Shown here in pieces: positions 26,679 through 40,086 of a stretch of DNA of 64,000 nt. Both the position numbers and the translations under genes were made by a program. Within the stretch, counting starts at the first letter, position 1. Every line of letters begins with the position of its first letter. Source of the stretch: Camelus ferus (taxonomy: Eukaryota); assembly GCF_009834535.1 (NCBI RefSeq), contig NC_045697.1, positions 60,390,001 through 60,454,000 on the forward strand, in the 5' to 3' direction. The notes beneath the pieces were generated by a model. That model saw only the letters and a program-made list of their open reading frames with translations, was not told the origin of the DNA and did no database searches.

Positions 26679-29600
26679 TTTTTTTTTTTTTAACATTTTT
26701 TATTGAGTAATAGTCATTTTACAATGTTGTGTCAAATTCCAGTGTAGAGAACAATTTTTCAGTTATACGTGAACATACATATATTCATTGTCACATTTTT
26801 TCTTTGCTGTGAGCTACCACAACATCTTGTATATATTTCCCTGTGCTATACAGTATAATCTTGTTTATCTATTCTACATTTTGAAATCCCAATCTATCCC
26901 TTCTCATCCCCTGCCCCCTTGGCAACCACAAGTTTGTATTCTATGTCTATGAGTCTGTTTCTGTTTTGTATTTATGCTTTGTTTGTTTGTTTGTTTTGAG
27001 ATTCCACATATGAGTGATCTCATATGGTATTTTTCTTTCTCTTTCTGGCTTACTTCACTTAGAATGACATTTTCCAGGAACATCCATGTTGCTGCAAATG
27101 GCGTTATGTTGTTGGTTTTTATGGCTGAATAGTATTCCATAGTATAAATATAACACATCTTCTTTATCCAGTCATCTGTTGTTGAACATTTAGGCTGTTT
27201 CCATGTCTTGGTTATTGTAAATAGTGCTGCTATGAACATTGCAGGTGTCATCTTGAAGTAGGGTTCCTTCTGGATATATGCCCAGGAGCAGAATTCCTGG
27301 GTCATATGGTAAGTCTATTCCTAGTCTTTTGAGGAATCTCCACACTGTTTTCCATAGTGGCTGCACCAAACTGCATTCCCACCAGCAGTGTAGGAGGGTT
27401 CCCCTTTCTCCACAGCCTCTCCAGCATTTGTCATTTGTGGATTTTTGAATGACGGCCATTCTGACTGGTGTGAGGTGGTACCTCATTGTAGTTTTGATTT
27501 GCATTTCTCTGATAATTAGTGATATTGAGCATTTTTTCATGTGCCTTTTGATCATTTGTATGTCTTGCTTGGAGAATTGCTTGTTTAGATCTTTTGCCCA
27601 TTTTTGGATTGGGTTGTTTGGTTGTTTCTTATTAAGTCGTATGAGCTGCTTATATATTCTGGAGATCAATCCTTTGTCAGTTTCATTTGCAAAAATTTTC
27701 TCCCATTCTGTAGGTTGGCTTTTTGTTTTACTTATGGTTTCCTTTGCTGTGCAGAAGCTTGTAAGTTTCATTAGGTCCCATTTGTTTATTCTTGCTTTTA
27801 TTTCTATTGCTTGGGTAGACTGTTCTAGGAGAACATTTATGAGATGTATGTCAGATAATGTTTTGCCTATGTTTTCCTCTAGGAGGTTTATTGTATCTTG
27901 TCTTATGTTTAAGTCTTTGATCCATTTTGAGTTGATTTTTGTATATGGTATAAGGGAGTGTTCTAGCTTCACTGATTTACATGCTGCTGTCCAGTTTTCC
28001 CAACACCATTTGCTGAAGAGACTGTCTTTACTCCATTGTTTATTCTTGTCTCCTTTGTTGAAGATTAGTTGACCAAAAGTTTGTGGGTTCATTTCTGGGC
28101 TCTCTGTTCTGTTCCATTGGTCTATATGTCTGTTTTTGTACCAATACCATACTGTCTTGATGACTGTAGCTCTGTAGTATTGTCTGAAGTCTGGGAGAGT
28201 TATTCCTCCAGCCTCTTTCTTTTTCTTTAGTAATGCTTTGGCAATTCTAGGTCTTTTGTGGTTCCATATAAATTTTATTATGATTTGTTCTAGTTCTGTG
28301 AAATATGTCCTGGGTAATTTGATAGGGATTGCATTAAATCTGTAGATTGCCTTGGGCAATGTGACCATTTTAACAATATTGATTCTTCCAATCCAGGAGC
28401 ATGGGATATCTTTCCATTTTTTGAAGTCTTCTTTAATTTCCTTCATCAATGGCTTATAGTTTTCTGTGTATAATTGTTTCACCTCCTCGGTTAGATTTAT
28501 TCCTAGATATTTTATACTTTGGGTGCTATTTTAAAGGGGATTATTTCTTTACTTTCGTTTTCTGTTGATTCATGGTTAGTGTAAAGAAATACAACTGATT
28601 TTTGAATGTTAATCTTGTAACCTGTTACCTTGCTGAATTCTTCAATCAGCTCTAGCAGTTTTTGTGTGGACTTGTGGACCTTTTAGGGTTTTCTATATAT
28701 AGTAACATGTCATTGGCATATAGTGACACTTTTATCTCTTCTTTTCCAATTTGGATCCCTTTTATTTCTCTTTCTTGCCTGATTGCTGTGGCTAGGACTT
28801 CCAAGACTATGTTGAATAGGAGTGGTGATAGTGGGCATCCTTGTCTTGTCACAGATTTTAGTGGGAAGCTTTTGAGTTTTTGACCCTTGAGTACTATGCT
28901 GGCTGTAGGTGTGTCATATATAGCTTGTATGAAGTCGAGATATGTTCCCTCTATACCCACTTTGGTGAGAGTTTTTATCATAAATGGGTGTTGAATTTTA
29001 TCAAATGCTTTTTCTGCATCTATTGAGATGATCATGTGGTTTTTGTCTTTTCTATTGTTGATGTGATGTATTGCATTGATTGATTTGTGTATGTTGAACC
29101 ACCCTTGTGTCCCTGGGATGAACCCCACTTGATCATGATGTATAATCTTTTTTATGTGATGTTGGATTCTATTTGCTAATATTTTGCTGAGGATTTTGGC
29201 ATCTATGTTCATCAGTGACATTGGCCTATAATTCTCTTTTTAGGTAGTATATTTGACTGGTTTTGGTATCAGGGTGATGGTGGCTTCGTAATATGAGTTT
29301 GGGAGTATTCCCTCCTTTTCAATCTTCTGGAAGAGTTTGAGAAGGACTGGTATGAGTTCTTCTTTGTATGTTTGGTAGAATTCCCCGGTGAAGCCATCCG
29401 GTCCAGGACTTTTATTTGTAGGGAGGTTTTTTTTGTTGCTGTTTTGATTTCATATCTAGTGATTGGTTTGTTCAAATGGTCAGTTTCTTCTTGGTTCAGT
29501 CTTGGTGGACTGTATGTTTTCAGAAACTTGTCCATTTCCTCTAGGTTATCCATTTTGGTCCCATATAGTCTTTCATAATATTCTCATATGATATTCTGTA

Positions 29601-29873
29601 TTTATATGTTATTTGTTGTAATTTCTCCATTTTCCTTTCTTATTTTGCATATTTGTGCTGTCTCTTTTATTTTTTCTTTGTGAGTTTGGCCAGAGGTTGT
29701 CGATTTTATTTACTTTTTCAAAAACCAGCTTTTGGTTTGATTGATTTTTTTCTATTTTTTTTTAATCTCTATTTTATTTATTTCCTCCCTGATCTTTATA
29801 ATTTCTTTCCTTCTGCTGCCTTTTGGGGTTTTTTGCTCTTCTTTTTCTAATTGTTTTAGCTGGTGGGTTAGAT
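26679..29873 (-). mobile_element. Young lineage-specific LINE-1, 5'-truncated (~3.2 kb)
   Basis: Poly(T) 26679-26691, TTTATT (AATAAA on minus) 26699-26704, ~300 bp 3'UTR, long ORF2 reading frames; truncated just after the endonuclease region. Confidence 0.97.
26997..29873 (-). pseudogene. L1 ORF2p (reverse transcriptase, C-terminal Cys-rich domain), frameshifted
   Basis: Consecutive ORF pieces: [66 protein letters not shown]; a 430-aa piece with [42 protein letters not shown]. Confidence 0.97.
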
Positions 29874-30099
29874 GTCCTTTACCTTATTCCCCTTTATATT
29901 TTTGAAGTATTTATTAAACAAATATAATAATAACAATATCAAATAAATCTATTATCTGACACACTTCGATTTCTCCCTTCTGCTCTAACACCCCTTCCAG
30001 GTTTCTCTGTATCTAATTACCTTTAATAGCCTTTTAAGTTACAAGCTCAATAACTAAAACTATTGAAAAACTAAAAATTTTGCTAAACCAATCTATCAT

Positions 30100-30775
30100 A
30101 AATTGGTGCAGCCAGAATGGAAAACAGTATGGATGTTCCTCAAAAAACTAAAAATAGAAATATCATAAGATCCAGCAATTCCACTCCTAGGTATATATAC
30201 AAAGAAAATGAAGACATTAATTCAAAAAGATACATATTTCCCTCTGTTCACTGCAGCATTATTTACAATAGTCAAGATTTGGAAGCAACCTAAGTGTCTA
30301 TTAAGAGATGAGTGGATAAAGAAGACATGGTATTGACACACACACCTGCACATGCACACACATACTGGAATATTACTCAGCCATAAAAAGAGTAAAAATC
30401 TGCCATTTGTAAAAACATAGTTGGACCTACATTATATTACACTTAGTTAATTAAGTCAGGGAAAGGCAAATGCTCTATGTTATAACTTATATGTGAAATT
30501 TAAAAAATAAAACAAAGGAATGAATATAACAAAACAGAAACAGACTCACATAGAGGAAACTAGTGGTTACCAATGGGAAGAGGAAGGGGTAAGGGACACA
30601 ATAGGGGTAGGAGACTAAGAGGTACAAACTACTATGTATAAAATAAGTAAGCCAGAGGATATATTGTACAACATAGGGAAAATGGTATTTTATAGTAACT
30701 TTAAATGGAGTGTAATATATGAAAATCTATGTAAAAACTAATATAATATTGTAAATCATCTATACTTCAATTAGA
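30100..30775 (+). mobile_element. L1 3' end, L1MA9/artiodactyl-type, with TSD
   Basis: AAATTGGTGCAGCC..GATCCAGCAATTCCACTCCTAGG..TATACTTCAATT; ATCTATCAT duplicated at 30091-30099 and 30779-30787. Confidence 0.93.
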
Positions 30776-31178
30776 AATATCTATCATTGAACTTGACTTA
30801 AGGGGAACTGCACATTGGAGAGCCATTATGTTCTACTTTTTTAAATAAGCTTAGAATAATGATCAAACAAAACAATTGAAAAAATTACAAAATATTTGTA
30901 ACTATTTTTTCAGCTAATTTACACAGTTGCTATGTTTAACATGTATTTGCAGAATTGGCAATAATACTCGGTTGCTTTTTCAATATGTGTTATGTATGTC
31001 GTATTCATTAGTTTAAATGGTTATTGGGCTTTTTTAATTGGTTTATTATAAAGGGTGATAATATTTGAACAAGTCTGACCTGGAGCCTGTCCTTATGGAA
31101 CTTACTAACTAGTGGGGAGCATTTGCATTCAACACTAGTTATACTTACTTCATACTGAGTTTACACTAAGGATTAGGT

Positions 31179-31730
31179 TGTCAGTTCAGACTCATACTAC
31201 TTAGAGTTCTCAGATTGTATCAAAAATGTATTCATAATTTCAAGGATTCAGGCAATTAAGTAGAACAGACAAAAGAGGATGAGGTCTGGACATTGAGGGC
31301 AGCTTTACATGTACTTTTTTCCTGCCTTAGACATAAACTCTTCCCCGAATGAAAGAGGTCTCTTTGTGAGGCATAAGGGGCAGTACCCAAGATATCAGGG
31401 AACACTTAGCTTATGAAAACTGTCTATTTATACTTCAACTTAACATGACCTGACCCAGAGAGCCATGCCCTTATATCCTTAGATTTTGGGTTTAATTTTC
31501 CACAAGGAGTTCTTGGCAAGGACCATCCTGTTATGAATATTCAATTAATAAGTACCAAGTTCCCTCTTTCTCACCAAAAATAGTCTATTTAGTCAGAAGT
31601 CCAGTTACCACACAGACAAGGAAATTAAATCGTATGTCTTGCCTTCTTTCTGTTTGCCGGGAATATTCCCCTGATGCAGGGAATGAATGAATCACAGGTC
31701 CTATATTTCAACTCTGTTTTCCTCTTTTAT
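31179..31730. mobile_element. Possible ancient LTR remnant
   Basis: GC-richer ~550 bp block starting TGTCAG, with ATTAAA near 31624; family not securely recognised. Confidence 0.3.
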
Positions 31731-32546
31731 ATTTCCAGATTATATTAAAAAATTATTAAAAAGAACATTCCACAAGATTACTTATCTGAGAAAGGGAGTA
31801 TGGGTATGGGTGCTACAGTAACTGTACAGTAAAATGCATGTATAAGTTCCTTTTAAACTGTGCTGCAGGTCATTTATTTATTTTTCAGTATATCCTTTCC
31901 TCTATTTCACTAAACCTATGACCATGCAGGGAATAGTCTATCACTTTGGTCAAATATATTCTAAGTAGTATTTGTTAAAAAAAAAAAAAAAGACTTAAAA
32001 GAGAAAGGACTCTTCAAACTTTTGCTGAGCTGAAATGTTGCTAAATGAGGTATCAAGAGCACAATCCTTTTTTTTTACACTGCTGTATTTTTGCCGTGTA
32101 TTGTTTTATTGCAGAATATATTATTGTAATAGCACTCATTTCTGAGATCACACTTACTTTTATGACTTCCATGTGATTGGAATACATTACATAAGTAAAA
32201 CTTGACTTATTATTTTAAATAGATATACACGTAGTATTTCTAAATGTCACTCTGCCTGAAGTCTATATTTTATATAATTTACAGGAATGGATCCCTAAAG
32301 ACAAATCTCATGAACTTTCATCTGCACAAATCTTCTTTTTCAACTGACAAGTTAATAGGACATCACATCTTTGCAGACTGCACAATTCTAAAATGTTGGA
32401 ACAAGGAGTATCTAAAGATGAACAAAACAGAAAGCACAAGCACATTTACAAGTAAGTTCTCAAGTGGAGTATAAATGTGAAAATAGCTAGATCATGGATT
32501 CCTAAAGTTACTAAAAGCATAATTGTGGTTTCTCATATTTTATTCA

Positions 32547-32675
32547 TGATGGATGATGGATGGATGGATAGATAGATAGATAGATAGATAGCAGACAGAT
32601 AGATGGATGATAGGTGATATATAGATGATATACTGATAGACAAGCAGACAGATTAGATGACGGATGGATTGATAA
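32547..32675. repeat. (GATG)n(GATA)n compound tetranucleotide repeat
   Basis: Read directly; degenerates towards the 3' side. Confidence 0.92.
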
Positions 32676-32839
32676 GACAAGATGCAGTTCTATGTTTCTA
32701 ATTTTTATTTCCTTTACTAACATTTGACTTCAGGGAATTATGCGTGAAAAACTATACAATATCATACACTTTAAGAGATTTTTAGAAAGGTCTGTATAAG
32801 CAAGTACATGTTTATTAAAAATAGGTATTTTGTTTTCCA

Positions 32840-33305
32840 ATTTAAAAATTTGAGATATAATTCACACACCATAAAACTCACCATTTCAAAGTGTAAATGT
32901 CAGTGGTTTTTAGTATTTACAAGGTTATGCAAACATCACCACTAATTTCAGAACATTCTTATTGTCCCCAAAAGAAACTGGTACCTATTAGCAGTCCCTT
33001 TCCTTCTCCCTCTCCCCTGATCTCCTGACAACTGCTAATCTCCTTTTTGTCTGTCCAGACTCACCTATTCTGGACACTCCATGTAAATGGAATCACTCAA
33101 TATGTGACCTGTGTGTCTGGCCTCTTATACTAAACATGTTTTCAAGCCTGTGCACAGTATAGTGCACAAAGTTATTTCATTCCTTTTTATCAGTTGAAAA
33201 ATATTTCATTGTATAGATATACCACATTTGTTTATCCTTTCATCAATTGATGAATGTTTGGGTTGTTCCCATGGTTTGGCAATTGTGAATAATACTGCAG
33301 GTACT
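32840..33305 (-). mobile_element. L1 3' end (L1MB-like)
   Basis: TTGAGATATAATTCACACACCATAAAACTCACCATTTCAAAGTGTA..CCTATTCTGGACACTCCATGTAAATGGAATCA. Confidence 0.9.
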
Positions 33306-34224
33306 TACTTGAGTTGTTTAATATATTCATCTGATATTCTGTAATTAAAAGGGAAACTGAATGTTTGATTTATGTGTTTATGTATAGATAGTTGTTGTTT
33401 ATTGGATAGCAAATATTTATTTTTATGTTGGAGAATCCAATCCTAGAGAGGAAATCATAATCAAAGTTTTGTGCAGACTTCATTTTGAAATTATCTGAAA
33501 ATCATTGGATATTATAGGAAAACTCAGTTATTGGTACGGCTGCAAAAATTCATTTATCAGGATATTATAATAAATTATGAATATAATAAATTCTCCCTTT
33601 CTTTTTTATAATCCTGCCCCAAAGTAAGAAAGCAATGTACATTTATAGAAACAGAACCCTTTGACTTGTACATTATTTTCCTGTATTAATTTTTAAAGAG
33701 AGAATAAACTAGGCACTTAATAATATCAAAGAAACCTTGGGTAAATGGTAAGAAATAAATGATGATTATAACAGCAAACCTAATGAAATAGAAAATGGAA
33801 AAACAATAATTCTCCAATTCTCAATAAATAAATTCTCAATTTGTTATCTTAAGATCAATAAAATATATTCTATAAATCACACGCACGCACACACACACAC
33901 GAATACACATACAATGTGATTTCCTTCTCTTTCCTGTATCTTTTCTTTCCTTTACCATAAGATACCTCTGGATATTCTCCATCTCATACCAGTATTTTTA
34001 CATCTTAAAATAACTCCCATTTGAGCCTCTACTTAAATCAGCCCCCCACACTCAAAGCAGCTTTTACTTCTCCTCCCAAACTTTCCAAGTCTATCTCCTT
34101 TAAGCATTAACAATATTTGTTCCTGGATTTTACAAGTGTTTCTCCTCTACCCCAAATTAGTTAAGTATTAACCCAAACAATTTTCTTTATTATCAAAGCA
34201 GTAAACACACTTTAAATTAATTGC

Positions 34225-34350
34225 TTGCTTTTTCTAGCATCCATCTTCCTATAGGAGAGCCGTTTTCTATCCTGCTACCATTGTTTCCCCAACGTCTAGA
34301 ACGCTGCCTGTAATGTAAAAAAAGTACTCAATAAGTAGTTGATAAAAGAA
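34225..34350 (+). mobile_element. L2 3' end
   Basis: ACCATTGTTTCCCCAACGTCTAGAACGCTGCCTG..GTACTCAATAAGTAGTTGA. Confidence 0.65.
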
Positions 34351-36499
34351 GTAAAATTGATTTGGAGATGAAACAATTACCGAGGTATAAGGAGTTTCGT
34401 TTATCAGACACAAACATCAGAATAATGCTTAGTTTTTTTAATGACCTCTTATTTGAATGCTTGATTTTTCTAAATGCAGTCCATTTGTGGGTCACCTCTG
34501 TCTTTTATGCAGTATTTGTTTTGCACTTTAGTTGTTACTGCATAGACCATGCATTTTTAATATGGGTGACAGTTCTTCCAAGTAGATGAAAATTGAACCT
34601 GGGGGCCAAAAACTTCTTAGATAATTCAATGGTTCACAACACTCTAATATTCAACCCTACCTGACAAAATCTTATTCTTTCATATTTAATTTATTTTGTG
34701 ATATTTAAATTAAATTTCTTTTTTCTCTTTAACAGGATAATAATGTAGAGAGAAAAAAAGTGCTGAAAAACACTTTCTGGACAATACTATGCTTTTTAAG
34801 TTTTTTAGAAGACTACCTGCAGAAGACCAGGTAAGATACAGCTTTAAAAACAATTCACAGCAGTAGAAGAGCATCATATGAAAATACCACAAGCCAATTA
34901 GAATTAAAACTAGAAATTATTTTGCCAAAATCCCACTGGCCTATTCACAAGAGATTTCTTATAGCCAACTTACTTCCTCACTTCTTCCTTGAATTAATAT
35001 TCCTTACTTAGCCCATTTTTTCTTTCTACTCCATATTTTTTTTTTTAATTATACAGCTATTTTAATGATGTCTTTCTGTCACTATTTCCAAAGATGTTCT
35101 GGGAGACTTTGTCTGCCACAGTAATAGTACTTGGGAAAAATGAGGGGTGGTGAGAAACAAATTGTGAAGAGGAGGAAACGGAAGGAAGGAAGAAAGGAAG
35201 GGAGAAAAGAACAAAAGAAGGAAGGCGATTAAGATCCAGAATAACTTTGAAATATCAATATACTATCAGGCTAGCTTCTAGCAGAATGCAATTCAGACTC
35301 TTGCAAAAAGAAGACAATTTCCTGAACAAATAAATGCATAAATGTCATAAAGTTTTAGTTTCATTCTAATCCATTAGCCTCTCTTAGCCTTCTGCAAAGC
35401 TCTCCACATGATTCCAACCATGCCACAAGGTGAGAGGCTGGTCTTTTCTGATCCTTGAAGTTTTTTGAACTCCTGGAAGAGACAGGCTTATCCAGAGCAA
35501 ACTCACCACTGAGAAATTGTTATTTAGATAGTCACCACTGAAGAGGGCAAAACACCCAAATCAGGGAACACAGAGATGAACTCACAATAACTGGCCAGAC
35601 CAACAGGAATAGGCTGAAAGATTTTCCAATTAGATCATCCACAATAAACCTTATTTTTGTCATTGCCAGCAGAATGAAAATTACTGAATAATGTCTATAT
35701 TTCTTATGTTTTAATTGGGTTTTCAGTAACTCTGGCTCATTAAAGTGAATTAAGGCAGATAAGGTGTTAAAATCACAAATGTATTGCACCATAACAAACA
35801 TTTAGACTTTCTAGTTACTAAAGGCAAATTCTATGAAGCATGTTTATAGAAAATATGAGAGAATTATTTCTCAGTACAATTCTCTTTTCTTTTAAGATTA
35901 TTTCATACATGTACCAAGAGTGAGGAACTCAGTTTTTAATTATAACGGATATTATTTAATTTTAAGAAATTCAGTTGTGTTAGATGTGCTACCCAGAAAA
36001 CAGTAGACATATTTTCAAAATTATGAAGGCAAAAGTGGGGAAATGTTAATTTATAGAGTTAGCAGCATCAACACTGCCTGTTTTCCAAGCTCTGAGTTTC
36101 TCTCATACTTCATGACATATTGAATTGCCTTCATTTATTCTCTTCATATTCCTCTGATGACACCCTTGTAAACAAACCAGCACATGCCCAAATCAAATGT
36201 GGGATAGGAGTCTTTACTGTGATGATCAGAGCTGTGGTTCAGTCAGCCTATATCATTTTGACCATACTGGTTATTTATACTTGCCCATCCAGTCTGAGTC
36301 ACGGGGGCTGTGTCATTGCTTGCTGTTATTTGCTTGTTTGTTTAATATTGTGTATACCTCCCATCCTCTGCAGTGCCAATATTATAAAGTTACGAAGTGT
36401 GAAATATTGGAGGTTTTTGAAAGTTCATTTGGTACAATCATTTATTACAAAGCCATATGGATTAAACACAATCAAATATTATTTCTTCCACCACATTTT

Positions 36500-38300
36500 A
36501 TATTCAATAACTCATTCACTCATCATTTGTTAAGCACCTGTTATGAGCAAGTTACTCTTCTGAAGTAGAGGAAAAGAGAGTTTCTATCCTTACTAAGTTC
36601 AGTGCATGGCAGGAGAAACAGTTATAAAACAAAAAGGCCATTCAGCTTGGTGGGCACAGTGATAGAGGAGTGCACAGCCTGTTAAAGGAATGCAAAGGAA
36701 TAACCTTGCACAGAATGAGGAGGGCAGGTTATAGATAGAATCTTACAGAAGAGAAAACTAAATTAAGACATTTTCTGCCTAACAAGGAAGGTAAGGAATA
36801 ACATTGTACATGATCACATTCTTCAGTTAAGCCCAGAGATGGAAGGACATGTGGTCTACAAGGAACTCTATGCTGTTTTCCCTGACCCCAGCATAAGTTG
36901 AGATGTGCTAAATATTAACAGATCTGGAACATTAAACACCTAATCTTTGTCTCAGAGAAATCTGAAATAATTCTAAGGCAATGGAGGAAGTATTGAGAGA
37001 GTTTGGAAACTAACAGATTAGGGAAGGTATTGCAAAATATAAGAAGAAATATTCAGTTCATAATGTTTGACAGGTGCTATTACTGTTGTAGAGGAGACAG
37101 ATGAAAGAGTTTCAAAAGGCATGATCAACAAAGATGGCTGTTTAATTGAATATAAAGGATAATGGAAAGAAAACATTTAATGGGACTTCCAAGTTACAGG
37201 CTTGAGTGAATATGTAGATGGCAAATGTGTAGATGGTAATAAGATAGACAGCAGTAAGACAGAAGAATTAAATGTTTGGAAATTTTGTGTTTTAGATGTT
37301 CAGTTTCAGTATCTTACTGGAAGTGTTCCATTAAGTGGAAGAATACACAGATCTGGAGAACAGACAGAGAGAACGGAGCTGTAGATATAAATTTGACACC
37401 ATAGTGTCCACTAATTCTGGTTCTTGTACCTGTGAATTTGGTTGGATAGCTCAGAATAAGAGAGCAGGCTGTGTTAAGCAGCTTATGAGACTAGGATCTG
37501 GGTATGCAGGGAAAATGAAGGATTGGGCATGCACACCCATAGTGGGGTTGGCATGGATTGAATTGGACTACACAAGCACTGTTTATATGTGCTGACTTAG
37601 TTCTAGCCAATTTACCATGAAGGAATGTGGGTGGAACATTGAAATATATGATAAGAAAAGCTGAAAATCAAAAGTTTTGTGAGAATTATCCAGATTTGTA
37701 AGGATTGACCCCCAAAACAATAAACCAAAAATTTATGTAGATTGAAAAAATATATATCTGAAGAACAATCAAACCTATGGTGGTCATTCAGTGAAGTCAC
37801 ATCTAGTAAGAGAAGAGGAGAAGACAGAGAACAGAACCAAAGAGGTCACCAATAACTTTTTTAAAAATCTAGTACAAGTTTTATTTTCCTTTATACTAGT
37901 TCATTTTTCTCCAGTGACAACAGGAATAAATCCAAAGTGAAAAAACACTCTCTGTGGTTCTGTAAGCAACAGTTTTCCTAAGGAAAATTTAGAGTTTCTC
38001 AGTTGAGAACTGAGGACATTTGTTGAAACTAAGGAGAAAAGCCTTGAGTTAAAGAGATTGCTGAGACTAGTGAAGACTGGGAGTATCAGTATCTCTAAGT
38101 AGGAAAAAGTGCTTAATAGTTATTACATATGGACTCTGGTCTACTTTAAGTTTGGAGGAAAAAAATGTATCAGTTTAACAAATAGCCTAATACTATGGTT
38201 TTCCCCAATGTCATTCAGTGGTTCAAAGGACAGAGATAAGTAGGTTGGTTGAACAATTTAGAGACAGTATTATATAAGCATGTGTGCCAGAAATATGAGA
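36500..38300 (-). mobile_element. Long degraded L2, interrupted near 37470-37805
   Basis: TCATTCACTCATCATTTGTTAAGCACCTGTTATG tail followed by purine-rich antisense L2 body. Confidence 0.65.
37470..37805 (+). mobile_element. hAT-Tip100 MITE (MER45-like)
   Basis: ATGAAGGAATGTGGG..AAGAAAAGCTGAAAATC..TTTTGTGAGAATTATCCAGATTTGTAA resembles MER45B. Confidence 0.45.
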
Positions 38301-38589
38301 AGGCGAAGTGGTTGAGGGCATCACAGAAAGTATTTGATGATCTATGAGGTCTCAGCCAGAAGGCTATGAATCCAGCAGCAACCTACTTCCTTTCACTTTC
38401 ACTTTCTGTATCAAAGAATATAATAGTGAATTGTTGTCTACAGGATGAGTCTTCTTAAAAGTAGTAATATTTTTCTGATAATATAAAAAATACAGAAAAT
38501 AAAAGTCATGCTTAATTCACCATCTGGAAATAAAAACAGTTAATGTTTTGGTCCATTTCATTCCAGTCTATGTAAATGTATGTATGGCA

Positions 38590-38591
<2 letters not shown>

Positions 38592-38643
<52 letters not shown>
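38592..38643. repeat. (TG)26 microsatellite
   Basis: Perfect dinucleotide run. Confidence 0.98.
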
Positions 38644-38644
<1 letters not shown>

Positions 38645-39289
38645 CGTGTGTTCTGGGGGCTGGGAGAAGGCTACAGAGGGAAAAAAAGGTGATAGAGAGG
38701 GAGAGAAATGAGAGAGAGAGAGAGATAGTTGTAGGTGTATATATATTTTACTTTGGTAATTTTTCAATTTTTCTTTTAAATTAATATTTTCTTGTGAATA
38801 TTCTCAAATAATTATCAGTTAAAAATACGCTTTGCAAATGATTGCACTTAATTTATAAAATAAAGTATATTTGTGTGACATTAAATTCTTATCTTATTCA
38901 TCTTTATAAATGCTATTTTAAAAAACATTTTTCTACTTATAACTTCACTCATTAATGATTTTATCTTTGGCTTTATAATAGGTAGTTAGAAAAATTAATT
39001 GTGTCGAATGTTATCAACACATTGAAGGTCTTGCTACCTACTTTCAGAAAGATTTTCAGAGAGTTTGGAGTTGTGGCTGGAAATGGAAAGATTAGTCCTC
39101 TCTTAACAAAACCGCCATTATAGCAGATGTGAGTACTTACATTCTAATTCTCAGGTTCTTTAAGGATTTTTCCCTATTTTATTGAAAATAGATTTTCTCC
39201 CAGATCTACTACCTTCTTCCTTGACTTTTTTGATATAATAAAATTTTCTCCCTAATGTCACTTAGCAAAATTATGTTTATATTTTATTT

Positions 39290-39432
39290 AATTTTTTTTA
39301 GTGTTTGTCTTATTAGACTCTAAACCCCAAAAAGCAAATAATCATTCCATCTTATTTAAACTTTTATTCTAGCTTCCAGCACATTGTCTAGCACATAGTA
39401 AACTATTAATATGTGTTTATTCAGTGGATGAA
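39290..39432 (+). mobile_element. L2 3' end
   Basis: ATTAGACTCTAAACCCC..CCAGCACATTGTCTAGCACATAGTAAAC. Confidence 0.7.
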
Positions 39433-39893
39433 AGAGGAAGGAATAAAGGAAGAAATAACAAATTTAATAAACAAAAAATAATATACAAAGTATTACCTTA
39501 CCAATAGTGTTTAATTCCCAATGCCAGTTGTCACTTCTAGCATTATGACCCTGTAAGTCCTCCCTTGCTTTATGACCAGTTATTTCAAGGAGTGGCAATA
39601 TGTAAAATGATGTCAAAATTGTAATAGTGAAAAAAGAGGTAGCACAACAGAGGCAATTAAATAATGTGAAAAAAACCTCCAACTGCAATACACCTACAAA
39701 CGCCAAATAAAAAGTAATGAATACTCCTTTAAATGAGTATTTATTTGTGTTTTCAGTAAGTGGAATTCCCTCAGAGAACTGAAAACCCGAACACTAGAAA
39801 TGTGTGTTCTGTCTGTGGGGCGAGCGCAGTCCTCAGTGTTTTATAGACTCCAGCTGTCATGTTCATGTCAAGTTAGGCAATGAGACCTTGAAC

Positions 39894-40086
39894 CAGAGAT
39901 CAGCAAACTTTGGCCCATAGAGAAAATACGGCCTGCCTCCTGTTTCTGTACAGCATGTGACCCAATATGCTGTAAAGGTTTTCTTTGTTAAAGGAGGGGA
40001 AGTAATATGCAATTTAGATCATATGTGACCCTCACACAAAGTCTAAAATATGCACTGGCTTGTCCTTCAAAGTTTACCACTCCCTA
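39894..40086 (+). mobile_element. hAT-Charlie MITE (MER58-like)
   Basis: CAGAGATCAGCAAACTTTGGCCC..CGGCCTGCCTCCTGTTTCTGTA..AAAGTCTAAAATAT..AAAGTTTACCACTCCCT. Confidence 0.7.

Noticed and set aside
27449..28072. 207-aa hydrophobic plus-strand ORF
   Set aside because: It is the antisense shadow of L1 ORF2, a common artefact of the T-rich opposite strand.
27190..28482. 430-aa ORF as a domesticated or active gene
   Set aside because: It is a fragment of a 5'-truncated L1 with frameshifts on both sides and a mutated RT active site.
36120..36568. Overlapping 137-aa and 123-aa ORFs
   Set aside because: No recognisable domain; the 137-aa frame uses a TTG start; both run into an L2 tail; lengths are compatible with chance.
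38548..38784. VC-repeat and HT-repeat ORFs
   Set aside because: These are translations of the (TG)26 microsatellite.
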